Assembly: GCA_044220955.1 (NCBI GenBank)
Contig: JBGAQA010000017.1
Coordinates: forward strand, 53,827 to 100,697
Direction of reading: 5' to 3'
Origin: Sandaracinaceae bacterium
Lineage (GTDB): Bacteria > Myxococcota_A > Polyangia > Polyangiales > Sandaracinaceae
Length of the DNA stretch: 46,871 bases
This document shows, in pieces, positions 10,105-18,484 of the stretch (position 1 is the stretch's first letter; each line of letters opens with the position of its first letter). The position numbers and the translations under genes were made by a program. Under the pieces are notes generated by a model, which was not told where the DNA came from, ran no database searches, and saw only the letters and a program-made list of their open reading frames with translations.

Positions 10105-11445
10105 ATGGGCTTTTCGATCGAGTTCTCGGACGAGCAGGAGATGACCGCGCGGATCAAGGTGATCGGCGTCGGCGGCGGCGGCGGGAACGCCCTCGACACG
10201 ATGATCAAGAGCGGCCTCGAAGGGGTCGAGTTCATCGCGGCGAACACCGACACGCAGGCGCTCGAGAAGAGCCTCGCGACCACGAAGATCCAGCTCGGGC
10301 CGGCGCTCACGCGCGGCCTGGGCGCGGGCGCCAACCCCGACGTCGGCAAGAAGGCGGCCCTCGAGGAGATCGAGCGCATCCGCGAGGCGATCGACGGCGC
10401 CGACATGGTGTTCGTCACCGCCGGCATGGGCGGCGGCACCGGCACCGGCGCTGCGCCGATCATCGCCGAGATCGCGCGCGAGATGGGCGTGCTCACGGTG
10501 GCCGTGGTGACGCGGCCCTTCCTCTTCGAGGGCAAGCGCCGCAGCAAGAACGCCGATCACGGCATCGCGGATCTCAGCGAGCGCGTGGACACGATCATCT
10601 CGATCCCGAACCAGAAGCTGCTCGGTCTGGACGACGACCTCTCGGTGCTCGAGGCGTTCCGACGCGCGGACGACGTGCTCGTCCAGGCCGTGAAGGGTAT
10701 CAGCGACCTCATCACCCAGCCGGGCGTGATCAACGTCGACTTCGCGGACGTGAAGACGATCATGAACTCGCAGGGCCGCGCGCTCATGGGCACGGGCTAC
10801 GGCAAGGGCGAGCGCCGCGCGCTCGACGCGGTCGAGATGGCCATCAACTCGCCGCTGCTCGACGACATCTCGATCGACGGCGCGATGGGGATCCTGCTGA
10901 ACTTCACGGCGGGCCCGGACGTGAAGCTCAAGGAGATCAACGAGGCGGCCAGCCTCGTGCAGCAGGCGGCCCACGAGGACGCGAACATCATCTTCGGCCT
11001 CCTGACGGATCCCGACATGGGCGACGTCGTGAAGGTCACCGCCATCGCGACCGGCTTCGACGTCGATCGCGCCGCGATGCAGCCGATCGCCTCGCAGCAG
11101 CAGGCGGGCCGGCCGCGCAGCACGACGCTGCCCCTCTCCATCCCGCAGGCCACGATGGGCCGCGGCTCGCTGGCGCCGGCGCGCGAGAGCATCGCGCCCC
11201 GCAACGCGCTGCGTGAGCTCTCGAGCCAGCCGCCGGCGGCTCGCGAGTCGCGCGAGATGGGGCGCCGCGAGAGCGCCGAGCAGCTCGTCCGGGTCACCGC
11301 GGGCGGCCGCCGCTCGATGGCGCCCGAGCAGACCGCGCTCCCCATGGGCTCGCACGCGCCGCGCGCGTTCGGTCCTTCGGCGCTGCACGACGAGGCCACG
11401 CTGGACATCCCCGCGTACCTCCGGCGCGCGCAGTCGCACGAGTAG
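10105..11445 (+). CDS. ftsZ: Cell division protein FtsZ
   Basis: [30 protein letters not shown]-terminal [17 protein letters not shown] upstream. Confidence 0.98.
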   Translation: MGFSIEFSDEQEMTARIKVIGVGGGGGNALDTMIKSGLEGVEFIAANTDTQALEKSLATTKIQLGPALTRGLGAGANPDVGKKAALEEIERIREAIDGADMVFVTAGMGGGTGTGAAPIIAEIAREMGVLTVAVVTRPFLFEGKRRSKNADHGIADLSERVDTIISIPNQKLLGLDDDLSVLEAFRRADDVLVQAVKGISDLITQPGVINVDFADVKTIMNSQGRALMGTGYGKGERRALDAVEMAINSPLLDDISIDGAMGILLNFTAGPDVKLKEINEAASLVQQAAHEDANIIFGLLTDPDMGDVVKVTAIATGFDVDRAAMQPIASQQQAGRPRSTTLPLSIPQATMGRGSLAPARESIAPRNALRELSSQPPAARESREMGRRESAEQLVRVTAGGRRSMAPEQTALPMGSHAPRAFGPSALHDEATLDIPAYLRRAQSHE

Positions 11446-11447
11446 CA

Positions 11448-11480
11448 CCGCCTTCGCGGGGCGGTTGGTTCGCCCCGCCG
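11448..11480 (+). terminator. Possible GC-rich hairpin after ftsZ
   Basis: GCGGGGCG...CGCCCCGC inverted repeat just after the ftsZ stop; no clear U-tract. Confidence 0.3.
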
Positions 11481-11631
11481 TTCGTCTCCCCACGCTTCGC
11501 TTGCCCAACCTCGACCCTGCGCTCGCGAGAGCGCGGGGTCGTGCGTTTGCGCGGAGCGCGGCCGAGGCTCGCGGTCCCGGTGCCGTGACGTCCGTCACGA
11601 CCTGCACGCGATCGGTGCGGATGCACGAGAG

Positions 11632-14028
11632 ATGAAGACCGTGCTGGTGGGGGCGGACTTCGAGGAGAACCTCGGGGTCGGGATGGTCGCGGCCGCCGCG
11701 ATGGAGGCCGGGCACGAGGTCCGCATCGTCCCGTTCGACGCGCCGGAGGACGCGCCGCGCGTGGTCGAGCGGGTGATGGCCGAGCGACCCGACGTGGTGG
11801 GGCTGAGCATGCAGTTCCAGCACCGCGCCGCCGAGTTCGTGGAGCTCGCCGAGCGGCTGCGGGCGGCGGGGTGCGGCGCGCACGTCACCAGCGGAGGGCA
11901 GTACCCGAGCCTGGCCTGGCAGCCGATGCTCGAGGCACACCCGGCCATCGACTCGGCCGTGATGTACGAGGGCGAGCGCTCGTTCGTGGCGCTGCTGGCC
12001 GCCCTGGGGGCCGGCGCGCCGCTCGGGAGCGTCCCGGGCCTGGCGCTCCGCGACGGCGAGGGACACGCCTTCCGCACGCCGGGCGAGCTGCTCACGCCCG
12101 ACCTCGATGCGCTCCCGTTTCCCGCCCGCTACCGGGCGCACGCCCGGCACGCCGGCATCCCGTTCATCCCCGTCATGGGCAGCCGCGGCTGCTGGGGCGC
12201 GTGCACCTACTGCGCGATCACGAGCTTCTACCGCGAGGCGCGGGCGCACGGCGGCGGCAAGACCCTGCGCCACCGCAGCCCGGACGACGTCGCGGAGGAG
12301 ATGGCCGGCCTCTGGCACGAGGCGGGGCCGAGCCTCTTCTGCTTCCACGACGACAACTTCCTCTTCCCGCGTCCGGCCGACACCCTCGCGCGCCTGCGCG
12401 CGATCCGCGCCGGGCTCGACGCGCGCGGCGTGGGCAAGGTCGCGATGATCGGCAAGTGCCGGCCCGACTCGATGACGGCCGAGCTCGCCCGGGAGCTGCG
12501 CGCGCTGGGCGTCATCCGGCTCTACGTCGGCGTCGAGAACGCGAGCGAGCAGGGCTCGACGCACCTCAACCGTCGCATGCAGACGACGCGCGTCCGCGAG
12601 GCTCTCCGTGCCTGTCGCGAGGCGGGGATCTTCGTCTGCTACAACCTGCTCCTCTTCGAGCCGGACGCGACGATCGCCGACGTGGAGGAGAACCTCGCGT
12701 TCATGCGCGAGCACGCGGCGCACCCGGTGAACTTCTGCCGCGCCGAGCCCTACTACGGCACGCCGCTGCACCACCTGCTCGCCGCGCGCGAGACGATCGT
12801 CGGGGGCCACCTCGGCTTCGGCTACCGCATCGAGGACGATCGCACCGAGGTGCTCTTCCGCATCTGCGCGGCGGCGTTCCGCCAGCGGAACTTCGACCCC
12901 TCGGGGGTCGCCAACCGCACGATGGGCCTCGGCTACACGTCGAAGATCCTCGAGCACTTCTACGACGACCCGGACGGACGCCGCGCGCGGCTCTCGGCGC
13001 GCGCCGACGCGCTCACGCGGGCCATCTCCGCGGAGACGGCGGACTTCCTCGCCAGGGCCGTCGCCGTGGTGAAGGAGACGAGCCCGGCGGACGAGGACGC
13101 CGTCGCGCGGCAGACCGCGCGCCTCGGCCTGGACGTCGCCGCCGCCGATCGCGACCGGCATGCGCAGCTCGACACGCTCTACGCGGACATGGAGGCGTAC
13201 GGCGCCAGGGCGCGCACGCCGGCCCGGCCGGCCACGATGTCGCGCACGCTCGAGAAGGTCGCCCGCCGCGCGATGCTCGGTGCCTCGATCGCGGCGCTGA
13301 TCCCCGCGTGCGAGAGCTGCGGCAGCCAGCCGATGCCGGTCGATCCCCCGCCGCCCCCGATCACGGCGCCGCCGCCCGACCCGGTGCCGCCGCCGACGAC
13401 GGTGATGCCGGTCGATCCGCCGCCGCCGCCCACGTTCGTGCCTCCGATCGTCGATCCGGCACCACCGCCCACACACCTGGGGCCCCAGCTGCCGCCGACG
13501 ACCGTGATGCCGGCCGATCCTCCCCCGCGGCCGACGACGGTCGACACGAGCCGAAACGGCCGGCACCGAAGGCCGCCGCCGCCGCCGGATCCGGTGCCCC
13601 GGCCGACGGTGGTGCCGGTCGACCCGGTCCCCGCGCCGCACTCGTTTCTCCAGGGCGCGTCGCGTCGGGCGCTGGCGGTCCTCACCGATCGGCGCGAGCC
13701 GGGAGGGCTGATCGATCAGTGGCGCGACACGACGGCGCGGCGCGTGGGGCGCAGCGAGGCGCTGCCGCTCGCGGACCCGCCGGGCGTGGCGCTCTCGGCC
13801 CGACGGGCCGGCGACGCGCTCCGGGTCACGCTCTCGGCGCCCGAGGTCGCGACGATCCGGTGGGAGCGGCCCGGCGCCGACGACGCGGACCTAGGCCGGC
13901 TCGTGGTCGAGGAGGGTGGCCGCGCTCTCACGTGGCGCCCGGCGCTGCCGGAGGACCAGCTATGCGTCGCGGTGCGGACGGCGGGCGGGGTGACGATCGC
14001 GGCGCTGCGCGCGTGCGACGTCGCGTGA
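11632..14028 (+). CDS. B12-binding radical SAM enzyme fused to a lipoprotein-signal-like segment, Pro-rich DP repeats and a C-terminal domain
   Basis: N-terminal cobalamin-binding fold (ENLGVG, PDVVGLS, GGQYPS, EGE); SRGCWGACTYC (CxxxCxxC); FHDDNF; YVGVEN; PYYGTPL. Tail from 13237: MSRTLEKVARRAMLGASIAALIPAC, then 7 DP motifs. Confidence 0.92.
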   Translation: MKTVLVGADFEENLGVGMVAAAAMEAGHEVRIVPFDAPEDAPRVVERVMAERPDVVGLSMQFQHRAAEFVELAERLRAAGCGAHVTSGGQYPSLAWQPMLEAHPAIDSAVMYEGERSFVALLAALGAGAPLGSVPGLALRDGEGHAFRTPGELLTPDLDALPFPARYRAHARHAGIPFIPVMGSRGCWGACTYCAITSFYREARAHGGGKTLRHRSPDDVAEEMAGLWHEAGPSLFCFHDDNFLFPRPADTLARLRAIRAGLDARGVGKVAMIGKCRPDSMTAELARELRALGVIRLYVGVENASEQGSTHLNRRMQTTRVREALRACREAGIFVCYNLLLFEPDATIADVEENLAFMREHAAHPVNFCRAEPYYGTPLHHLLAARETIVGGHLGFGYRIEDDRTEVLFRICAAAFRQRNFDPSGVANRTMGLGYTSKILEHFYDDPDGRRARLSARADALTRAISAETADFLARAVAVVKETSPADEDAVARQTARLGLDVAAADRDRHAQLDTLYADMEAYGARARTPARPATMSRTLEKVARRAMLGASIAALIPACESCGSQPMPVDPPPPPITAPPPDPVPPPTTVMPVDPPPPPTFVPPIVDPAPPPTHLGPQLPPTTVMPADPPPRPTTVDTSRNGRHRRPPPPPDPVPRPTVVPVDPVPAPHSFLQGASRRALAVLTDRREPGGLIDQWRDTTARRVGRSEALPLADPPGVALSARRAGDALRVTLSAPEVATIRWERPGADDADLGRLVVEEGGRALTWRPALPEDQLCVAVRTAGGVTIAALRACDVA
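13330..13638 (+). repeat. Seven imperfect [V/P/A]-D-P-x-P-x-P peptide repeats
   Basis: Asp codons at 13342, 13378, 13414, 13453, 13516, 13588, 13621: VDPPPPP, PDPVPPP, VDPPPPP, VDPAPPP, ADPPPRP, PDPVPRP, VDPVPAP. Confidence 0.9.
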
Positions 14029-14967
14029 GCCAGCGGCCGGGCGAGCTGCGGCGGGATCCGCCTTCGTCTGGGGGGTCCCCGACCGGGTGAGCTCCTCGGC
14101 CAGCAGGTCGAACACCACCCGGATCCGCCGGCTCGTGAGCAGCTCGCCGTGGGCGACCAGCCAGACCGGAACGGGCAGCGGGGGGAAGTCGGGGACGACG
14201 CGCCGCACGCGCGGCTCGGCGTCGCCGACCTCCTCCATCACGAAGCAGATGCCGACGCCGTGCTTGCACAGCTCCCACTGCACCAGGTGGTTGTCGGTCA
14301 CGACCGGGAAGCTCCTCGGCGTCACCGGCACGCCCATCCGCACGAGGTGTCCGATCATCAGATCGGTGCGATCGAAGCCGAAGAACTCGGCGCTGCCGAG
14401 GTCGGCGCGGCTGCGCGGCGAGCCGATGCGCTCGAGGTACTCGGGGCGCGCGTAGGGGCGCGCGACGCGGTCGTCGATCTTGCGCCCGACGAGCTCGGGC
14501 TGGGCGGGCTTGGCGTTGCGGATGGCGATGTCGGCCTCGCGCCGCCGCAGATCGCGCACGGCGTTCGACGCCACGATCTCGATCTCGATGCCCGGATGCT
14601 CCCGCCGCAGGCGCGAGACGATCGGCGGGAGCAGGTACGCCGAGATGAGCTCGCTCGCGGTCACGCACACGCTGCCTTCGAGCGCGAGGGACTGTCCCGT
14701 CGCCGCGAGCGAGACGCGCGTCGCGGCCTCGCTCATCGCTCGGACGTGCTCGACCAGCTCGACCCCGGCGGGTGTGAGCGACAGGGCGCCGCCGATGCGC
14801 TCGAAGAGCACGACCCCCAGCTCCTCCTCGAGCGCCGCGACCTGGCGGCCGATCGTGGGCTGCGAGGCCTGGAGCGCGCGCGCGGCGGCCGAGAAGGAGC
14901 CCTCTTCCGCGGCGACGAGGAACGCGCGCGCACGGTTCCAGTCGAATCTCACCGAGCGCCATTCCAT
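13960..14967 (-). CDS. LysR-family transcriptional regulator
   Basis: DWNRARAFLVAAEEGSFSAAARAL..SQPTIGRQVAALEEELGVVLFER HTH; DLRRREADIAIR. Start may be 14979; 3' end overlaps the radical SAM gene by 69 nt. Confidence 0.93.
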   Translation of the reverse strand: MEWRSVRFDWNRARAFLVAAEEGSFSAAARALQASQPTIGRQVAALEEELGVVLFERIGGALSLTPAGVELVEHVRAMSEAATRVSLAATGQSLALEGSVCVTASELISAYLLPPIVSRLRREHPGIEIEIVASNAVRDLRRREADIAIRNAKPAQPELVGRKIDDRVARPYARPEYLERIGSPRSRADLGSAEFFGFDRTDLMIGHLVRMGVPVTPRSFPVVTDNHLVQWELCKHGVGICFVMEEVGDAEPRVRRVVPDFPPLPVPVWLVAHGELLTSRRIRVVFDLLAEELTRSGTPQTKADPAAARPAAGSRDVARAQRRDRHPARRPHRDA

Positions 14968-14979
14968 GCATATTTGCAT
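14966..14979. promoter_or_regulatory. Inverted repeat ATGCA-N4-TGCAT, probable LysR operator
   Basis: AT-rich dyad over the LysR start in the divergent intergenic region. Confidence 0.5.
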
Positions 14980-15059
14980 AGCACGGATGCGAACTACGGC
15001 GTCGCGCGTTCGTTTTTGCAGACGTAGAGATCGGGCGTCCACCCCACGAGGAGATCCCC

Positions 15060-15812
15060 ATGACCCAGACCCAAGAGAGCCCCCGGTCCACCCCCGCCCG
15101 CCCGATGAAGCGCGTCTGCATCGTCGGCGCCTCCGGCAAGCTCGGCCACTACATGATCCAGCACGCGCTCGAGCGCGGGTACGAGGTCGTCGGCGTGTGC
15201 CGCCCCGAGAGCGTCGCCAAGCTCGACCGCTTCGCCGGCCGCATCACGGTGGTCCCGGGGCGCACGGACGACCGCGACGTCGTCCGGCGCGCCGTGGCGG
15301 GCTGCGACGGCGTCCTGGTGGTGCTCGCGCCCTGGGGCATGGCTCGCTACTCGTCGGGCACCGCCCAGGCGGTGCTCGACTTCGCCGAGCCGGGCGCGCG
15401 CCTGGTGTTCTCGTGCGGCTGGCACATCACGCGCGACGGGAAGGACGCCTACTCGTGGTCGTTCCGCCTCCTGGTCGCGGTCCTCACGTGGATCGGGCGC
15501 GTGACGCGCCTGGCGCAGATCGAGGATCAGGTCGAGGCGTGCCGCCGCATCTTCGAGAGCGACACCGCGTGGACGGTCGTCCGCGGCAGCGACCTCGAGG
15601 AGGGGCCGAGCGCCGGCCTGCCGGTGTGGAGCCGCCACGTCGGCGATCCCGTCCTCGCGAGCAACCGGACGCGGCGCATCGACTTCGCGCTCTTCATGGT
15701 CGCGGCGCTCACCGACGGCGCGTTGGTCCGCGAGGCTCCCGCGATCGTGGGGCGCCAGACCCGCTCGGCCCTCGCGCATCGCCCCGTCGCCGGCTCGGCG
15801 CTGCCGGCGTAG
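15060..15812 (+). CDS. NAD(P)-dependent oxidoreductase (atypical SDR / flavin-reductase-like)
   Basis: VCIVGASGKLG Rossmann motif, WTVVR, TRRIDFA; GAGGAG SD; divergent from LysR. Confidence 0.88.
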   Translation: MTQTQESPRSTPARPMKRVCIVGASGKLGHYMIQHALERGYEVVGVCRPESVAKLDRFAGRITVVPGRTDDRDVVRRAVAGCDGVLVVLAPWGMARYSSGTAQAVLDFAEPGARLVFSCGWHITRDGKDAYSWSFRLLVAVLTWIGRVTRLAQIEDQVEACRRIFESDTAWTVVRGSDLEEGPSAGLPVWSRHVGDPVLASNRTRRIDFALFMVAALTDGALVREAPAIVGRQTRSALAHRPVAGSALPA

Positions 15813-15859
15813 AGCGATGCACGGGCGGGATCTCGGAGCGGCCGGCGTACCATGGGGTC

Positions 15860-16573
15860 GTGCCCTTCGACCCGCTCGTCACCCCGCCAGCCTCCCCGCT
15901 CTCGCTCGAGGGCGTCGACGCGTACGTCCTGCCCGTGACGTTCGGGGAGATGTCGGGGCACGGGCGCGCGCGCACCGCGGCGCGGGAAGGGCTGACGAAG
16001 CCTGCCGACATCGGCCGCGCCGAGCTCTCCGAGCCCGGGCGCATCTTCGTCCCGCTGTGGCGCATCGAGGGTGCGAGCGAGTCGTTCCACGTCGGCCTCG
16101 CCTCGCGCACCCAGGGCGGCGCTCGCCGCTACGTGCTCCCGACGGGCGGCTTCCGGCACCAGGATCGCGCGACCCTCGTGCTGGCGCGGCGGCACTACGC
16201 GATCGATCCCAGCGGCAAGGCGAGGCTCGAGCTGAGCGACGCCAAGCGCCTCGCCGACGCCCCCATCGAGGATCGCGAGCGGGTCGATCCCGACGTGACG
16301 AGGGCCGAGGCCGAGGCCGAGGCGACCGACCGCCTGCGCCGCCTCGTCGCGCCCGAGCGCGCGCTCTACGCGAGCATCGACGTGCGGATCCGGTCGGCCG
16401 CGCTCGTCTGGCTGCCGGTCTACGTGGTCCGCTACCGCTACGGCGGGGAGGCCAACGACGGCGTCCCGACCGAGTACCACGTGGCGATCTCCGCGCGCGA
16501 TGGAGCGCTCGTGAGCGAGCGCCGGCCGCCGCTGCTCGGGTCGATCGCGAGCAAGCTGCGCGCGCTCTTCTAG
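15860..16573 (+). CDS. Hypothetical protein
   Basis: 3' part of ORF 14480..16573; GTG 6 nt after TACCAT; globular sequence with FVPLW and LVWLPVYVVRYRYGG motifs. Confidence 0.75.
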   Translation: MPFDPLVTPPASPLSLEGVDAYVLPVTFGEMSGHGRARTAAREGLTKPADIGRAELSEPGRIFVPLWRIEGASESFHVGLASRTQGGARRYVLPTGGFRHQDRATLVLARRHYAIDPSGKARLELSDAKRLADAPIEDRERVDPDVTRAEAEAEATDRLRRLVAPERALYASIDVRIRSAALVWLPVYVVRYRYGGEANDGVPTEYHVAISARDGALVSERRPPLLGSIASKLRALF

Positions 16574-16574
16574 C

Positions 16575-16658
16575 GAGTGCGGGAGCGAGGGCGGGAGCGA
16601 GGGCGAGGGCGAGGGCGAGAGCGAGAGCGAGGGTGAGGTCGAGAGCGAGGGCGGGGTC
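16575..16658 (+). repeat. 14 imperfect tandem GAGRNC-like hexamers (intergenic)
   Basis: gagtgc gggagc gagggc ... gagagc gagggc ggggtc read directly. Confidence 0.9.
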
Positions 16659-16675
16659 AGTGTAGTCTGGCGCCG

Positions 16676-17488
16676 ATGCGACCGGAGCCGCTCCTGATCC
16701 TCACGTCGATCTCCCTCGCCGCCGCCGCCGGCTGCGACGCGCTGCACTCGCTCCACTCCGATCACACCGGCCAGCACGGCCATGCACCCTCGGCGCCCAC
16801 CAGCACGTTCGCGCCCATCGAGGTGACGTTCGCGCCGACCAACGCGCAGCTCGCGGCGCACTTCTGCCCGCTCGTCGCCGCCGCCACGCCGCTCGACTCC
16901 GCAGCTTCCGCGGCGTGCCGCGCGAACGGACCGGCCCCGGCCATCGACGCGCTCGCGACGCACCTGCGCGTCGAGACGACGGCGGCGAGCTCGAACATGG
17001 TGCGCCTCCACGTGGAGTCGGTGCTCCTCGTGCTGACGGTGTTCCCGGACACCGGCGCACCCGAGGTCGTCGGCAGCGTCTGCCTCACCCTCTGCGACGA
17101 GGGCGCGAGCGCTTGCCCACAGACCGACGAGGCCTGCCGCTCCACGAGCCACGAGGTCATCGACGTCGCCGACGTCGACGCGGCGCGCGGGTTCCTCGTC
17201 GCCACGGCCGTCCAGGAGCAGCGCGTGAGCGAGCTGGTCGTGCGCGAGATCCCGCCCCACGGGTCCTTGACGTTCACCACCGATCTCGAGCTCGGCACGG
17301 AGCGGCTGCTCGACGCGATCCAGGCGAACGACGCGCAGGCGCTCGATGCGATCCGCGGCGCGCAGGCGCCGACGTTTCGCGTCCCCTACGCGATCGAGGG
17401 AACGCTCTGGGTCGACGGGCGCGGCAACGACGGCTTCGCCGAGCCGATCACGCGCGCGACCGGGACGATCGAGTTCCCTTCGAGCTGA
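16676..17488 (+). CDS. Hypothetical lipoprotein
   Basis: LAAAAGC lipobox, several Cys; TAGTCT 7 nt upstream of ATG. Confidence 0.78.
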   Translation: MRPEPLLILTSISLAAAAGCDALHSLHSDHTGQHGHAPSAPTSTFAPIEVTFAPTNAQLAAHFCPLVAAATPLDSAASAACRANGPAPAIDALATHLRVETTAASSNMVRLHVESVLLVLTVFPDTGAPEVVGSVCLTLCDEGASACPQTDEACRSTSHEVIDVADVDAARGFLVATAVQEQRVSELVVREIPPHGSLTFTTDLELGTERLLDAIQANDAQALDAIRGAQAPTFRVPYAIEGTLWVDGRGNDGFAEPITRATGTIEFPSS

Positions 17489-17497
17489 CGTCCGCGA

Positions 17498-18445
17498 TCA
17501 GGACTCGTCGAAGGGCAAGCGCGCGCTCGCGAAGACGACTCCGCGGCGGGCGTCGGCCGCGCTGGTCGGGAGATCGCCGTCCGTGCACGACTCCGCCGAG
17601 AGCGCAGCCCGCTCGGCGAGAGGCTCGAGCTCGCGTGCCCAGCGCAGCGCCTCCTCCGCGTCGGCGGCCCGGACGCCGAGCACGCGCAGGAACGCCCCGG
17701 CGCACGTGCGGCCCTGCACGACGAGGCGGAGCGAGCGGGCGGGGCGTGCGTCGTGATCGATGGGCGCGAGCCAGCGCGCGACGGACGCGCTCCCGTGGCC
17801 CGCCTCGACCGCGCGGCGCGCGTGCAACCCGGCGCCTTCGAGGTCGCCCGCGCGGCCCAGCGCGATCGCCAAGAGGCCTCGCAGGCGCCCCGCCACGCCG
17901 TCGTCGTCCTCGGTCTCACCGAGCGCGCCGCGCACGAGCGAGACGGCGTCGTCGCGGCGGCCGAGCCGATCGAGGGCGTCGATCGCGATCTCCACCGCGT
18001 CGATCGCGAAGGGCGGCGGTGACGCCCCCCCCAGCGCGGCCTCGGCGTCGGCGAGGGCCCCGCCCGGATCGCCCGCGCGGAGCCGCGCGATCGCTCGGTT
18101 GTAGCGCACCGACGCGGCCCAGGCGCCCTCGCAAGCGAGCGCGCGCTCGTAGGCCTCGATGGCCGCGGTGTGCTCGCCCGTCGCATCGAGCAGCGTCCCG
18201 CGCAGCTCGTGCAGGCTCCATGCGTCCGGCGCGAGCGCGCACCCCTCCTCGAGCACGGCGATCGCGCCGCCGAGGTCCCGCTCGGCGCGCAGCGCGAGCG
18301 CCAGCACCTCGAACGCCCCCGCCCACCCGATCGCGCGCAGCTCCTGCGCGATGCGCCGCGCACCTTCGAGGTCGCCCTGCTCGAGCAGGGCGAGCGCCTC
18401 GTCGTGCCGCGCGCGGACGTCCTCTTCCTTCGGCCGGATCCACAT
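17498..18445 (-). CDS. Tetratricopeptide repeat protein
   Basis: TPR-like helices (GDLEGARRIA, DLGGAIAVLEEG, GEHTAAIEAYERAL, YNRAIARLRAGD); start 18445 or 18475. Confidence 0.8.
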   Translation of the reverse strand: MWIRPKEEDVRARHDEALALLEQGDLEGARRIAQELRAIGWAGAFEVLALALRAERDLGGAIAVLEEGCALAPDAWSLHELRGTLLDATGEHTAAIEAYERALACEGAWAASVRYNRAIARLRAGDPGGALADAEAALGGASPPPFAIDAVEIAIDALDRLGRRDDAVSLVRGALGETEDDDGVAGRLRGLLAIALGRAGDLEGAGLHARRAVEAGHGSASVARWLAPIDHDARPARSLRLVVQGRTCAGAFLRVLGVRAADAEEALRWARELEPLAERAALSAESCTDGDLPTSAADARRGVVFASARLPFDES

Positions 18446-18484
18446 CGGATCGAAGAATGACACGCCCCGTGGCATCCTCCCGAG

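Noticed and set aside
11066..11400. Long FtsZ C-terminal region as a novel domain
   Set aside because: Low-complexity linker before the normal DIPAYLR peptide; linker length is known to vary widely.
11446..11631. Cobalamin or SAM riboswitch, or a short precursor peptide, upstream of the radical SAM gene
   Set aside because: No B12-box (GCCACTG/GGGAAG) or SAM motifs seen, and no convincing small ORF with an RBS.
9436..13641. Long antisense or alternate-frame ORFs (e.g. 9436..13641, 16915..20454, 22407..25784, 27084..30989)
   Set aside because: Arg/Ala/Gly-rich shadows of real high-GC genes with no recognisable motifs.
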